A DNA stretch of 64,000 nt. Source: the human T2T-CHM13v2.0 reference genome, Homo sapiens. The notes below the pieces were generated by a model. That model did not search any database. It saw nothing but the letters and a program-made list of their open reading frames with translations, and had not been told where the DNA came from. A program made the translations under genes and the position numbers. The stretch is from assembly GCF_009914755.1 (NCBI RefSeq), contig NC_060937.1; one strand, written 5' to 3'. This document shows, piece by piece, positions 13,242-24,749 of this stretch; position 1 is the stretch's first letter, and each line of letters begins with the position of its first letter.

Positions 13242-14687
13242 TGAGAAGTGACAGCGTGCCGGCAGTCCTCACAGCCCTCGCTCGCTCTCAGCGCCTCCTC
13301 TGCCTGGGCTCCCACTTTGGCGGCACTTGAGGAGCCCTTCAGCCCACCGCTGCACTGTGGGAGTCCCTTTCTGGGCTGGCCAAGGCCTGAGCCGGCTCCC
13401 TCAGCTTGCAGGGAGGTGTGGAGGGAGAGGTACGAGCGGAAACGGAGCTGCCCGCGGCGCTTGCGGGCCAGCTGGAGTTCCGGGTGGGCATGGGCTTGGC
13501 GGGACCCGCACTCGGAGCAGCTGGCCGGCCCTGCCGGCCCCGGGCAATGAGGGGCTTAGCAACCAGGCCAGCTGCTGCGGAGGGTACACTGGGTCCCCCA
13601 GCAGTGCCAGCCCGCCAGCATTGCGCTGGATTTCTCTCCGGGCCTTAGCTGCCTTCCCGCCGGGCAGGGTTCGGGACCTGCAGCCCACCATGCCTGAGCC
13701 TCCCACCCGCTCCGTGGGCTCCTGTGCGGCCTGAGTCTCCCCGATGAGCGCCGCCCCCTGCTCCACGGCGCCCAGTCCCATCGACCACCCAAGGGCTGAG
13801 GAGTGCGGGCGCACTGCGAGGGACTGGCAGGCAGCTCCACCTGCAGCCCCAGTGCAGGATCCACTGGGTGAAGCCATCTGGGCTCCTGAGTCTGGTGGGG
13901 ACGTGGAGAACCTTTATGTCTAGCTCAGGGATTGTAAATACACCAATCAGCATCCTGTGTCTAGCTCAGGGTTTGTGAATGCACCAATCAACACTCTGTA
14001 ACTAGCTACTCTGGTGGGGCCTTGGAGAACCTTTATGTCTAGCTCAGGGATTGTAAATACACCAATTGGCACTCTGTATCTAGCTCAAGTTTTGTAAACA
14101 CACCAATCAGCACCCTGTGTCTTGCTCAGGGTCTGTGAATGCACCAATGGACACTCTGTATCTAGCTACTCTGGTGGGTCCTTGGAGAACCTTTGTGTCC
14201 ACACTCTGTATCTAGCTAATCTGGTGGGGACTTGGAGAACCTTTGTGTCTAGCTCAGGGATTGTAAATGCACCAATCAGCACCCTGTCAAAACAGACCAC
14301 TAGGCTCTACCAATCAGCAGGATGTGGGTGGGGCCGGATAAGAGAATAAAAGCAGGCTGCCGGAGCCAGCAGTGGCGACCTGCTCGGGTCCCTTTCTACA
14401 CTCTGGAAGCTTTGTTCTTTCTCTCTTTGCAATAAATCTTGCTACTGTTCACTCTTTGGGTCCACACTGCCTTATGAGCTGTAACACTCACTGCGAAGGT
14501 CTGCAGCTTCACTCCTGAGCCAGCGAGACCACGAACCCACCAGAAGGAAGAAACTGCGAACACATCTGAACATCAAAAGGAACAAATTCCGGACACACTG
14601 ACTTTAAGAACTGTAACACTCACCGTGAGGGTCCGCGGCTTCATTCTTGAAGTTAGTGAGACCAAGAACCCACCAATTCCGGACACA
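13242..14687 (+). mobile_element. LTR12C (ERV9) solo LTR
   Basis: Starts tgagaagtgacagcgtg and ends ccaattccggacaca. TSD acag at 13238-13241 and 14688-14691. CpG-rich U3 with tandem subrepeats. Confidence 0.96.
13900..14440 (+). promoter_or_regulatory. LTR12C enhancer/promoter: CCAAT (NF-Y) array, GATA motifs, AATAAAA core promoter box (~14345), polyA signal (~14431)
   Basis: Repeated caccaatcag and tgtatctagct units, matching the established ERV9 LTR architecture. Activity at this copy is not shown. Confidence 0.75.
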
Positions 14688-15259
14688 ACAGGACTGAGCT
14701 GTCAGAGAGGACTATGAAGCATGTAGACTTGGAAAGTTCTCCATAATGGGCAAACCTCCTCCTGGACTTTGGACACGCCTGTGTAGCCACACTTTCAACA
14801 TTTCTCACTCTGTGCTTTTTACATCCTTGTTCTAAGATTCAAGGTGGGTGTTCTGGTGACCTACCTGCAAATAGTAGAACCCAGAGTGAAAAGTAGACAA
14901 ACCTAGCCTTGAAGAAGAGAATTATTTCTAAAATATTATTTGGTTAGTTTATTCCCTGCCTATTAAGAATTTCACACCCTTTCAGTTGTCTCCGTATAAA
15001 ATTCCAAACTCTGTTTACAAGATGCACATGCTCCAAGTCGTGGTTACTTGCCTATTATATCCTAATTCTATAGCTTGCTTTTACACTCAGATTTGTGTTC
15101 CTAGGCTCTTACCTTATAAATTATATTTCCCAGTTTCTTTGACCAGCTGGCTTTCTAATAGGTTCTACTAACAGGAGACCCTAGAGTAAGATCAGAAAAT
15201 GTGAAGAAAGTAAAAGACTTTTTTTTTTCTCTGAATTCAAGTCCTTGTCATTCAATATT

Positions 15260-15719
15260 CTTTGAATGATAGTGATTAGTTACCATCAATGTCTGGTGGC
15301 ATTCCCAGCACCAGCATCTCTGGGCTCACTCAGAGGTACCAAAAGCAAAGATGCCATTCCTATTGTCAAGCAGAGCAGCAGCCACATTGCTCTCACATAT
15401 CCACTGGGAAACAAACTCTGGGTTGTCTGAGACCATAGTAGGCTGCTCCCCTCACAACAGCCTGTTGGGAGCACGTTGCTTTTCTCTGTAGTTTAAACAA
15501 CCCCTTTTTCTGTGATTTAAACAACCACCTTAGACATACAAGCACTAGGAGGGCAATGTTCCCTCTGAACACACAGCTCATTGCACTGCTCTTTTGCACC
15601 ATTAAGTTCTCATAAGGACACCTCTTCCCTTTATTTCCTGACACCCATGTTTGGAAATTATTCTTGCAATTATTGGTTTCTGAATATTTACAGATACTCT
15701 TTTTTCTCTTAGTTATCCA
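15260..15719. repeat. Inverted duplication, copy B (likely donor)
   Basis: Reverse complement of 12477-12934. Appears continuous with the surrounding old LTR on both sides. Confidence 0.97.
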
Positions 15720-15767
15720 ATATATGTTAAATCAAGCCTATTAAAAATCATCTACTTAAAATATATA

Positions 15768-15980
15768 TGTGCTGTGAGGTGATGGTGAATGTTTAGCAAC
15801 TGGCTGTCTGGTATGGATAGGGTAGGGTAAAGGAGCAGCCTTGATTTGTAGAACTTGCTATTTTAAAGATGTAAATATTCTCATCATGTCTGATTGAAAC
15901 TACAGATGTGATGTCAAAATACAGATTAGGAAGATAAGTACACAATCCACTCATCATTATAAGCCCGCTTCAGCACGTAC
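15768..15980 (-). mobile_element. MER63-like hAT DNA transposon
   Basis: ggtgaatgtttagcaactggc...ttgatttgtagaacttgc...gcccgcttcagcac resembles the recalled MER63 consensus. Confidence 0.55.
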
Positions 15981-16018
15981 TTTGTTTTCTGTGTTCTGAC
16001 AGGACCATTAATGAAACA

Positions 16019-19000
16019 ATGATGGATACAATAAGGTCAGAAAATAGACTCTCAACGATGGAAATCTGAGATTGCTATGTTTTAGTAAGTGGCCTTTGCA
16101 TCATATTGAGTGTCTTTACAAGAGAAAAAGGTCCACAGGGAATATGACATGCGTTGGTATGTTGATGAATTGAACCATCACTGCCTGCATAGCGTGAAGT
16201 GCCTGAGGAAGAGCATGCTGTGTCTAAACAAGTGATTGCTGTACATAACCATTAGAGTGATGACAGCTATTAGTGGGCAAGGATGGTTATGTTATGATTT
16301 AACTGCAGACTTTATAGAAAGAAAATTGCAGGTTCAGAAAGAAAAGTTTCAGCTCAAGTCACAGTAATAGAACCAGAGTTATTTTTTGGTAGGCCTCTTG
16401 AAGTTGTAAAGTAAACGTGACTAAAAATACCCCATGTTCATGTGATTGAGCATGTTGAAGAATTACAGTGTAAACCAAAGACTTGTCAAGCATCTATTTG
16501 TAACAACCAAAACCTCTTTGGGGAAGATGTGGATTCATGACTTGGACGTTCAAATGCAATTGAGATTTATGAGTCCCTAAACACCCTGAGCCTCCAATGT
16601 CAATGGAAATGATGTGGTTTAAATATTTTACTCCCCCAAATCTCATGTTGAAATATGACTACCAGTGTTGGAGGTGGGGCCTAATAGGAGGTGTTTGGGT
16701 CATGGGGGTGGATCTCTCAGGAATGGTTTGGTGCCCTCCCTGTGGTAATGAGTTCACAAGAGAACTGGATGTTTAAAAGAGTCTGAAACCTTCCCCTTCT
16801 GTCTGTTTCTCCCAGTCTCTCCACGTGACATGCTGGCTCCCCTTTTGCCTTCCACGATGATTGTAAGCTTCCTCAGGCCTTGCCAGAAACAGATGCTGGA
16901 ACCGTGTTTTGGGTACAGCCTATAGAACTGTGAGTCAAATAAACCTCTTCTGTTTATAAATTACCCAGTCTTAGGTATTCCTTCATGCAAAACAGATGAC
17001 TACAGGAAACAACTTATTTTTCATCTTTACATAATAACATTGTAATAACCTGTCATTAGGAAATTCTTCAAAAGAGAATGTTCATTTTTTCTGAAGATAC
17101 AGTACTTCTACTCCTTATTGCCTCTATAACTAGAATCATATATTAATATGCTGTAAGGGTTTAAGTATCAAATGTGACACAGGAAAAGATAGCTTATTCT
17201 CAATAATAGTTGAAAATCTGTACTAACTTTTGTTTATGAAGGCTTATGGAAAAATGTGTAGAATTGGATTATAGAGATGTTGGAATAAGAAAGATAAAAT
17301 ATAAAATTGGGAGTAAATTATCTTTCTAGGTAACTTACCAGATTCTAGATGTTATATGTTAGTTTAAACAATGGAGAGTGGCTCAAACAATTTGTGCAGT
17401 GAATTGATTGAAATCTGAACACAAGACCGAATATTATTCTATGCAGTTAAGTACCAAAACTTCTCTGATATAGTGGAGAGAAAAAAATCAAACGCTTAGG
17501 ATGATGAAAAAGTTGGAACTAACTCTTGATGAAAAACCTGGATATATACACCCTGTTTCACACTCAGATAGGACTCAGAAGAAAATTGCTTTACTAAGGA
17601 ATTGAGAAATGCATTCATGGAGAAATAAGGGCCAGCTTCTTTATAAAGTTCTGTATTTACTGGGACCTTTAGTTTGGGATGATGTTATGAGATGCTGCTA
17701 TTAAGAATATCTCTCTAATTTCAATGTTCGTTTGAAAGTAACAGAGGCTTCATTGTTATCTTCAACCTCCAACAATAAAGTGGGTGGCGTTACCATATGT
17801 AGAAGCAGGAATGAATAAAAGAGTAACAGAATGTCTTAAACCACAGAGATTTTGGTGGTGATGGAATAAACACATTTATCAATAAATAAAATACTTAGAA
17901 AATATATTAAAGTGATACTTTATTAAATAAATAAATACATAATTTCTAGATCTGAAGGTGTAAATCTGACTCAATTGATATAATGGAATATTTTAGCCTG
18001 CAATCAAAGTCCAACATCTAGGCTAGTTTATTTACCTGGAACTCCTCAAGTGAAGTTAAGTCAGGGTTCGCTTGTGATAAGATCATTCAAAATTGCTGAA
18101 AGATGTATGTAAGTAATTTTCTAGGTTGTATTAGGAGCTATGGCCACTTACTAAGATAACTTTATCATGGAAAAATCAAAATACCATGTTCTAGTAGACA
18201 CAGGTTTTGAGTTGATATTTTCTGAGACACCCACTCTGTGACTGCGGTCCACCAATCAAAGTGGACTTCTGTGGACATCAGGTAATAAATTAAACTTGGG
18301 CATAGGTCTCCTGCATGGGTAGGTCACTGGGTCTACAGAACGTATCTGTCATTAATTCTTTTGTTCCTGAATTGGATTCATTTACTGGAAACAAGCAGAT
18401 TACTCATATTGGCTATCTAAACCATGGACTTGGGCTATTATAAAAAAAATGCTAATTGGAAGCCCCATTAGCCTTTTTATTTCTTAACCAGGATAATAAT
18501 TCTTTTTTAAAAAAAGCACCACATAGCTGGGAGAATTCAAGAAATTAATATCATTAAAACACACACACCACACTTTAAGGAAGGAGGGTATTAGTGTCTA
18601 TCACATTATCAATTAAATTACAGATTTGGTCTGTGCAGAGGCTTATTAGCTTCTGTGAATGGCTATTGGTTGTAGTAAAATTTTACTTGGGACTGATCCT
18701 GTAGTAAAATTTTACAGGATTACACCTGATTTCAGGTGTAATATTTTACATGCAAGGCTTCTATCAGTTAATATAAAACCATTGATCCATTAATTGCTCT
18801 TTTCACTATATTAATTAACAAAAACTCACAGAAGCAGTTTCGTTTACCTAGAAAAGAAAATAACACTTTGTTATGGACTGTCACCGGTCTATATTAACTC
18901 TCTTTCTCTCTGCATTAGTTATAAAGATCTTAGTTTAATTGACATAACACAAAATGTAATACAGATTATCTCTCACATTGATAATAGCATGCTGACTAGA

Positions 19001-20100
19001 CCTGAGAAGGAGGGAGTAGAGAATAAGTTAGCAAATAAGTTGTGACACGGGCATGCTAAAGGGTGAGACATAAATGTCATAGAAATTCAAGATCATTCCA
19101 CTTAAGTGAAACTTCTCAGTATGTAATAGTCTAAAAAGCTGTTATGATATCCTTTACAAATTGGGAGACAAGTTGCTGCTACCTACACAACCCATCACAA
19201 AACAAAACAAAACAAAACCATAAAAAAAAAAAACCCTTGGTTGGGCCCCTTACATTTTAGAGCAGCATATACTGGATTCAGGTAATTCATAGGTTCTGAG
19301 TAGAACCCTGAGCAAGAAAAGGCTCTGCGAAAATTCCAAGGTTGAGTGCAAGCTTTTCTTTTGGACTGGTCCTATAACCCAGCAGATCTAATTGTACTTT
19401 AATAGTTTTAAGTAGGTATGTCATATTAAACCTCTGAAAAGCTTCAATAGAAATTCACAGAGAAGATTCCTGGGGATTTTGGATCATCTTATGTTGTATG
19501 GGATATTCTTCATAGCTTGCTAATAGGCCTTAAAAAATACCTGTCTTTTGGCCATAAGATGCCCACATAACCTGAGGTGCTCACATAACTTGAGGTGCCC
19601 ATTATAAATTGTAACTAATCTATCACATTATAAGCTTTGGATTAACGAAAATGCAGCTTTTAATTGAAAAGTCTGTATGTGCTCTAGGCTGAGCAAAAGC
19701 AGTACCCCAGGGGCAAGTAGATTTTATAAATATGTTTCTCATATTCTCATGGTATCACCTCCTAGGTGCCCACCCTCCTCCTCAAACCACATCTACCTTC
19801 TCATGGGGAGTTCTTGGAATGTTTGTTGGAACTTTTACAAAAGTCTTCGTTCTGCACAGTATTTTAATTCTAATTGGGAATGGGCTGAGACAGTATCAGA
19901 AGCATCCCTAAAAGACATCAGCAAAGTTAAGAATACATTTGTTAGTCTTCATTGTCTGAATAGAGAGTTGGCCAAATGTAAACTATTGTGCTTATGATTG
20001 AGAAGCAACATTTTGATTGGATAGTCAGGAGTTGGGGAATTACAGGTTGGTAATATCTCTGAAAATTATATCAGGAGTTTTAGATTGACATTTTGGGAAT
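16019..20100 (+). mobile_element. Highly decayed ancient ERVL (class III) internal region
   Basis: Protease-like LVDTGFELI at ~18191-18217. Downstream text is collinear with HERV-L pro/RT (aattggaagcccc, aagcagttt...). No long ORF. Confidence 0.7.
16610..17004 (+). mobile_element. MSTB-like solo LTR
   Basis: tgatgtggttt...caaatctcatgttgaaat...taca, with perfect TSD ggaaa (16605-16609, 17005-17009). Confidence 0.88.
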
Positions 20101-20319
20101 GGAATGGAATACACATATGTTAATACTATGCATACATATCACACACATACATGTATATATGGGCAAAAATATATATGGAAATACTTTGATCACAAATATA
20201 TACAATATATGTTAATGTATATTTATATTTTCTACTTTCTCATCTAAAATTACATTCATTTATATATATATGAATGAATACGTATTCATTCATTCACACA
20301 CACACACACACACATATAT

Positions 20320-21598
20320 ACTGAGTGTTCGATATCCACGGAATTCATGTCTACAGATTTAACCAACCGTGGATTAAAAACATTTAGGTTTTTTAAAAAG
20401 ATACAACAATAAAAATAGCACAAATAAAAAATACAGTATAACAACTATTTACATAGCATCTACTTTGTATTAGGTATTAAAAGTAATCTAGAGATGGTCA
20501 AAGTATATGACAGGTGGGCCTACATGTATTTTACTAAATATGAGTTTTATGGCTACAATTTGTGCCTCTGTTCTTTGCACCTACAAGGGTACCTGCTTCA
20601 AAAATTATTTCTTAAATAAGTTAAAGGAGAGGATAATTATTATAGCTGATGATACATTGAATTCTTGAAATGTGCTAATACAAAAATACTATGCTTTTTT
20701 AAAATTTACATCGATAAATAATAGTTGTACAAATTTATGGGGTCCATGCGATTTTTGTTACGAGCATACAGTGTTTAATAATCAAATCAGAGTAATTAGG
20801 ATATCCGTCATCTCAAACATTTGTCATTTCTTTGTATTGGGAACATTCCAAATCTTCTAGCAATTTTAAAATATACAATAAATTATTGTTAACTACAGTC
20901 AACTTATTGTTCTGTTGAACTCTAGAATTTATTTATTCTATCTAACTGTATTTTTGTACCCATCTACCAACCCTTTTATCTATCCCCTTCTCACTACCCT
21001 TCCTAGCCTCTGGTAACCACCTTCATTAGCTCAAATATTTTAGCTCCTGCGTGTAAATGAGAACATGCAGTATTTGTCCTTTTGTGTCTGGCTTATTTCA
21101 CCTAACTGTATATCCTCTCATTCCATCCATGTTGCTGCAAATGATAGGATTTCACTCTTTTTAGGCAGAATAATATTTCATTTTGTATATACACCACATT
21201 TTCCTTATCCATTCATTCACTGAGGGACACTAGGGTTGATTGTATATCTTGGCAATTGTGGATAGTGCTGCAATAAACATAAAAGTGTAGCTATCTCTTC
21301 TATCTACTGATTTTTTTTCTATCAGATATATAACAAGCAATGGGATTGTAGAATAGTTCTATTTTCCACAATGGGGTGGTGTAATAGTTCTATTTTCAGT
21401 TTTTTTTAGGAACCTCCATACTGTTCTCCATAAGGGCTGTACTAATTTATATTCCCACCAACAAAGTACAAGCAATCCCCTTTCTTCATATCCTCTCTGG
21501 GACTTTGTATAAGGGACTTGAGCATCCACAGATTTTGGTGTCTACATATTGTATTTGAATCAATCCCCTCAGTCTCCTGTGGATACTAAAGGGTAACC
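20320..21598 (-). mobile_element. MER2 (Tigger) split in two pieces: ~20320-20518 and ~21505-21598
   Basis: aactatttacatagcat...aatctagagatg in the first piece and taagggacttgagcatccacagattttgg in the second. Confidence 0.8.
20695..21500 (-). mobile_element. L1MA (L1MA4/5-like) 3' fragment inside MER2
   Basis: Antisense 3'UTR and ORF2 end (atccatgttgctgcaaatga, aggaacctccatactgtt). Confidence 0.85.
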
Positions 21599-21989
21599 AT
21601 GTGTATATAGATATACATAATATCTAGATATACTGAATATAAATATAAATATAATTAAAATATATATGTAAGAAAAGGTAAAATATACAAACACTGGAAT
21701 GATATCTTTGTTATTTACTTCTTCATTTCATTCAAGTTTATCTTTCATGAAGAGATCTTTTATGAGACTTTACAGCGTTTCTTCCTTGATAACTTCATGA
21801 GAAATATCAAGCCTCACTTTATTTCTCCTCCATCTGTATTACTTTATTAATATAAATGATTATGCTACATATTTATGCTCTCATTGTTTATTCATTCATC
21901 AGTTTTATGGCTTCAGTTTTTGCCTTTCTTCTTAGCACCTACAAGAGTACTTGGCTCAAAAATGATTTCTTAGATAAAGGAGATGTTGA

Positions 21990-22190
21990 TTACGGTTTTT
22001 TTTATTATATTCTTTAAAAATGCTAAGAGAGTGGATATAAAGTGCTTTCACCACAAAAATAACTAAATAAGTTAATGCATATGGCAAGTAGCTATTTTTA
22101 ATCATTCAACAATGTATATATAATTCATGACATCATGTTGTACACAATAAATATATACAATTTTATCTGTCAATTTAAAACAATAGTAAA
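21990..22190 (+). mobile_element. L1MA 3' end fragment
   Basis: aatgctaagagagtggat...catcatgttgtacacaataaatatatacaatttt. Confidence 0.75.
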
Positions 22191-22214
22191 AAGAACACGA
22201 TGGATAGTCATTAA

Positions 22215-22390
22215 TGTTGTTCTGGCTCTGCCACCAATTAGGCTTGAGCTCTTTGGCATGCTTAATCATTTTACCAATGTTTCATCTCCTGAAAAATGGT
22301 GATAAGAAAAGTATCTCCAGAGAAAAATAATTTATGCATAGCGACTTACTGCATTTAAAAAGAACTTATATGAATGCTTAATATTTACCT
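22215..22390 (+). mobile_element. MIR fragment
   Basis: Core-like ctggctctgccacc...tttcatctcctgaaaaatgg. Confidence 0.55.
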
Positions 22391-23067
22391 ACAGATTCTA
22401 CAAAAGCTTTTTATTCCCAGTCACTTTAGTCATTGTATGCCAGTGCTAATTAGCATGTTTGCCTCAAGATGATGAACATTTACTTAAGGATAAATCTTCA
22501 AGTTATCAGTAATGTGTTACACACGTTATATGTTTAGAGATATTGAAAGACTTTAAAATAACTATAATCCAGAATTCTCTTTATTCTACCAACTTATTTC
22601 AATTCAAATATTACTTTAGCAGAGTTGATTTATTTACTATTTTTCTCTGCTTTGAATATCTGTATTTAAACTGCATGGGACATCAAGCTGTGCTTTCAAT
22701 TAACTCAAAAAAATCTTCCACTTGCAACAGCAAGGAGTCCCATCACAGAGGGTAATATCCACAATCTGTTTTTCATCTTATAATTACACAAGAAATCTTC
22801 TAACAATAGAATGTTCACAAGAGACACAATCTAGTATAATCACACATAGATGCAGATCAGTTGAAATGTCTCACTTTTTGTTGTCTTCATTTTTTAAAAG
22901 ATCTAACTTCTAGAAGATTTGACTCAGAGGCAAATAAGGATTTAAGAAACATATGTATTGGTTCTTTATCTTGTTGTGTTGTACCTTTGATTTTGCCTGC
23001 CTTAAAAGATGATAATTTTCTATTCTTTTAAATGTTGTTCTTCGTATAACGTTGTAGTTACATGTGC

Positions 23068-23230
23068 TGGCTCTTGGAGCCTGGCTTTGCATTCTATGTT
23101 GATTTACTATCATCTACTGTATGTCATTGGGCAATTTACTTGATATTTATGGGCCATAATTTCACTATCTGTCAAATGGAATAATAATAGTAACACTTAA
23201 TTAAATTATTATGAATTTTTTTAAATAATT
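23068..23230 (+). mobile_element. MIR fragment
   Basis: ttgggcaatttactt...atctgtcaaatggaataataatagta. Confidence 0.6.
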
Positions 23231-23232
23231 GA

Positions 23233-23581
<349 letters not shown>

Positions 23582-24749
23582 AGCTGTGAATATTTTCTTA
23601 CATGTTCTCTGTATTCACGTACATGAAGTTTCAACTGCTTTATGAGTTTGGAAACACAAATGCAGATTTGACTTCATTTGAAGTTTATTATTTAAGCCAC
23701 TCTGTTATCATAGTGATGGAAATATAATCAATTCAGCCAAGAGTTCTTTGTAAATTAAAGCAAACTTCATAGTTTGGCAAGAAGTTCTTTCATCTTTGGT
23801 ATATTACCTTCATCCACCCTTTTTGCATCGCCTTCTTTCTATGGTAACTTTAGCTGAAGCAAAGCCAAATGGGCTTAGTTTCCCCAAAGTACCATTTCCC
23901 GTCTTTCATGTTGTATCCGTTTAACATGAACTGCCAAACTTAAGTTTAGAAAACCCTGTCTTCAAACTCCTATAGCACTGTGATGTTCTATGATTAAGAT
24001 ATTGAATAAACACAAGACTTCTACAACTTTTTTTTTACTATTTCTCATATACCTATAGTAGCTACATCTACTTCACTTTTCATCTCTTTCAATAAACTAT
24101 GGAAATAACAGTGATTTTTTTCACTTATGTATCTCCAGTTTTTAATATAGTAATGAATATATTATATTCTGTAGCTATTTTTAAAATAAATATGTGGTAG
24201 TTTGGAATTTTGGACAGTGGAGGTATTTTGACACGCTTTTTTTGGCTTTTGATTGGTGCTATATGGGCAAAATAAACTTTCAGTCTATGAAATTTTTTTC
24301 AGTATTCTATTCATGTATTTTCACATACAAATGGCTGTACATAATAAATATATACAACTTGATGTATTTGGCAAACAATACACATCTATTCCATGAAATT
24401 TCTTGACTCATGGTTTTAAAGTCTGTTTTATCCCTTGTAGTGTTATTAATAATTTGAAGGCACATATTTAAGAAGTGAATAAGTTGAATTTCTTAACATA
24501 CACACAGAGCAAAAGTCAACAAGAAAGAGATGAAAATAAACAACTTAAACACCTCTGTTGGGGTTTAAAGTATTTGAAGAAAAGTGTAATTAGTAGTGTT
24601 TAGAATTTATATAAAGTTATTATCATCAATTTGAAAAAAATGGCCTAAACAAATAATTTGGAAAATAATTTTATCATTGTCTTTTCAGTTATATATATAC
24701 TGCAGTTCGACAATTCTACTCTTAGATTTTCTACTGGAAGAAATTTTGC

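Larger units (their letters stand above)
15000..16018 (+). mobile_element. Ancient ERVL LTR (LTR33/LTR16-like), containing copy B of the inverted duplication
   Basis: tatatttcccagtttctttgaccagctgg motif and an LTR-like end ttctgtgttctgacaggacc...aaca, directly followed by ERVL-like internal sequence. Confidence 0.5.

Noticed and set aside
13248-13953. Cluster of overlapping 80-158 aa ORFs and CpG island suggesting a gene start
   Set aside because: They lie entirely within the GC-rich LTR12C U3, where stop codons are rare by composition.
13900-14290. Regularly spaced repeats resembling a CRISPR array
   Set aside because: These are the known tandem U3 subrepeats of LTR12. The spacers are not unique, there are no cas genes, and the context is eukaryotic.
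12550-15644. Identical 83 aa and 62 aa ORFs on opposite strands as a duplicated gene pair
   Set aside because: They are a by-product of the inverted duplication of old LTR DNA, with non-ATG starts and no recognisable domain.
19564-19600. 18 bp tandem duplication (cacataacctgaggtgc)
   Set aside because: Ordinary slippage-scale duplication inside decayed ERVL sequence.
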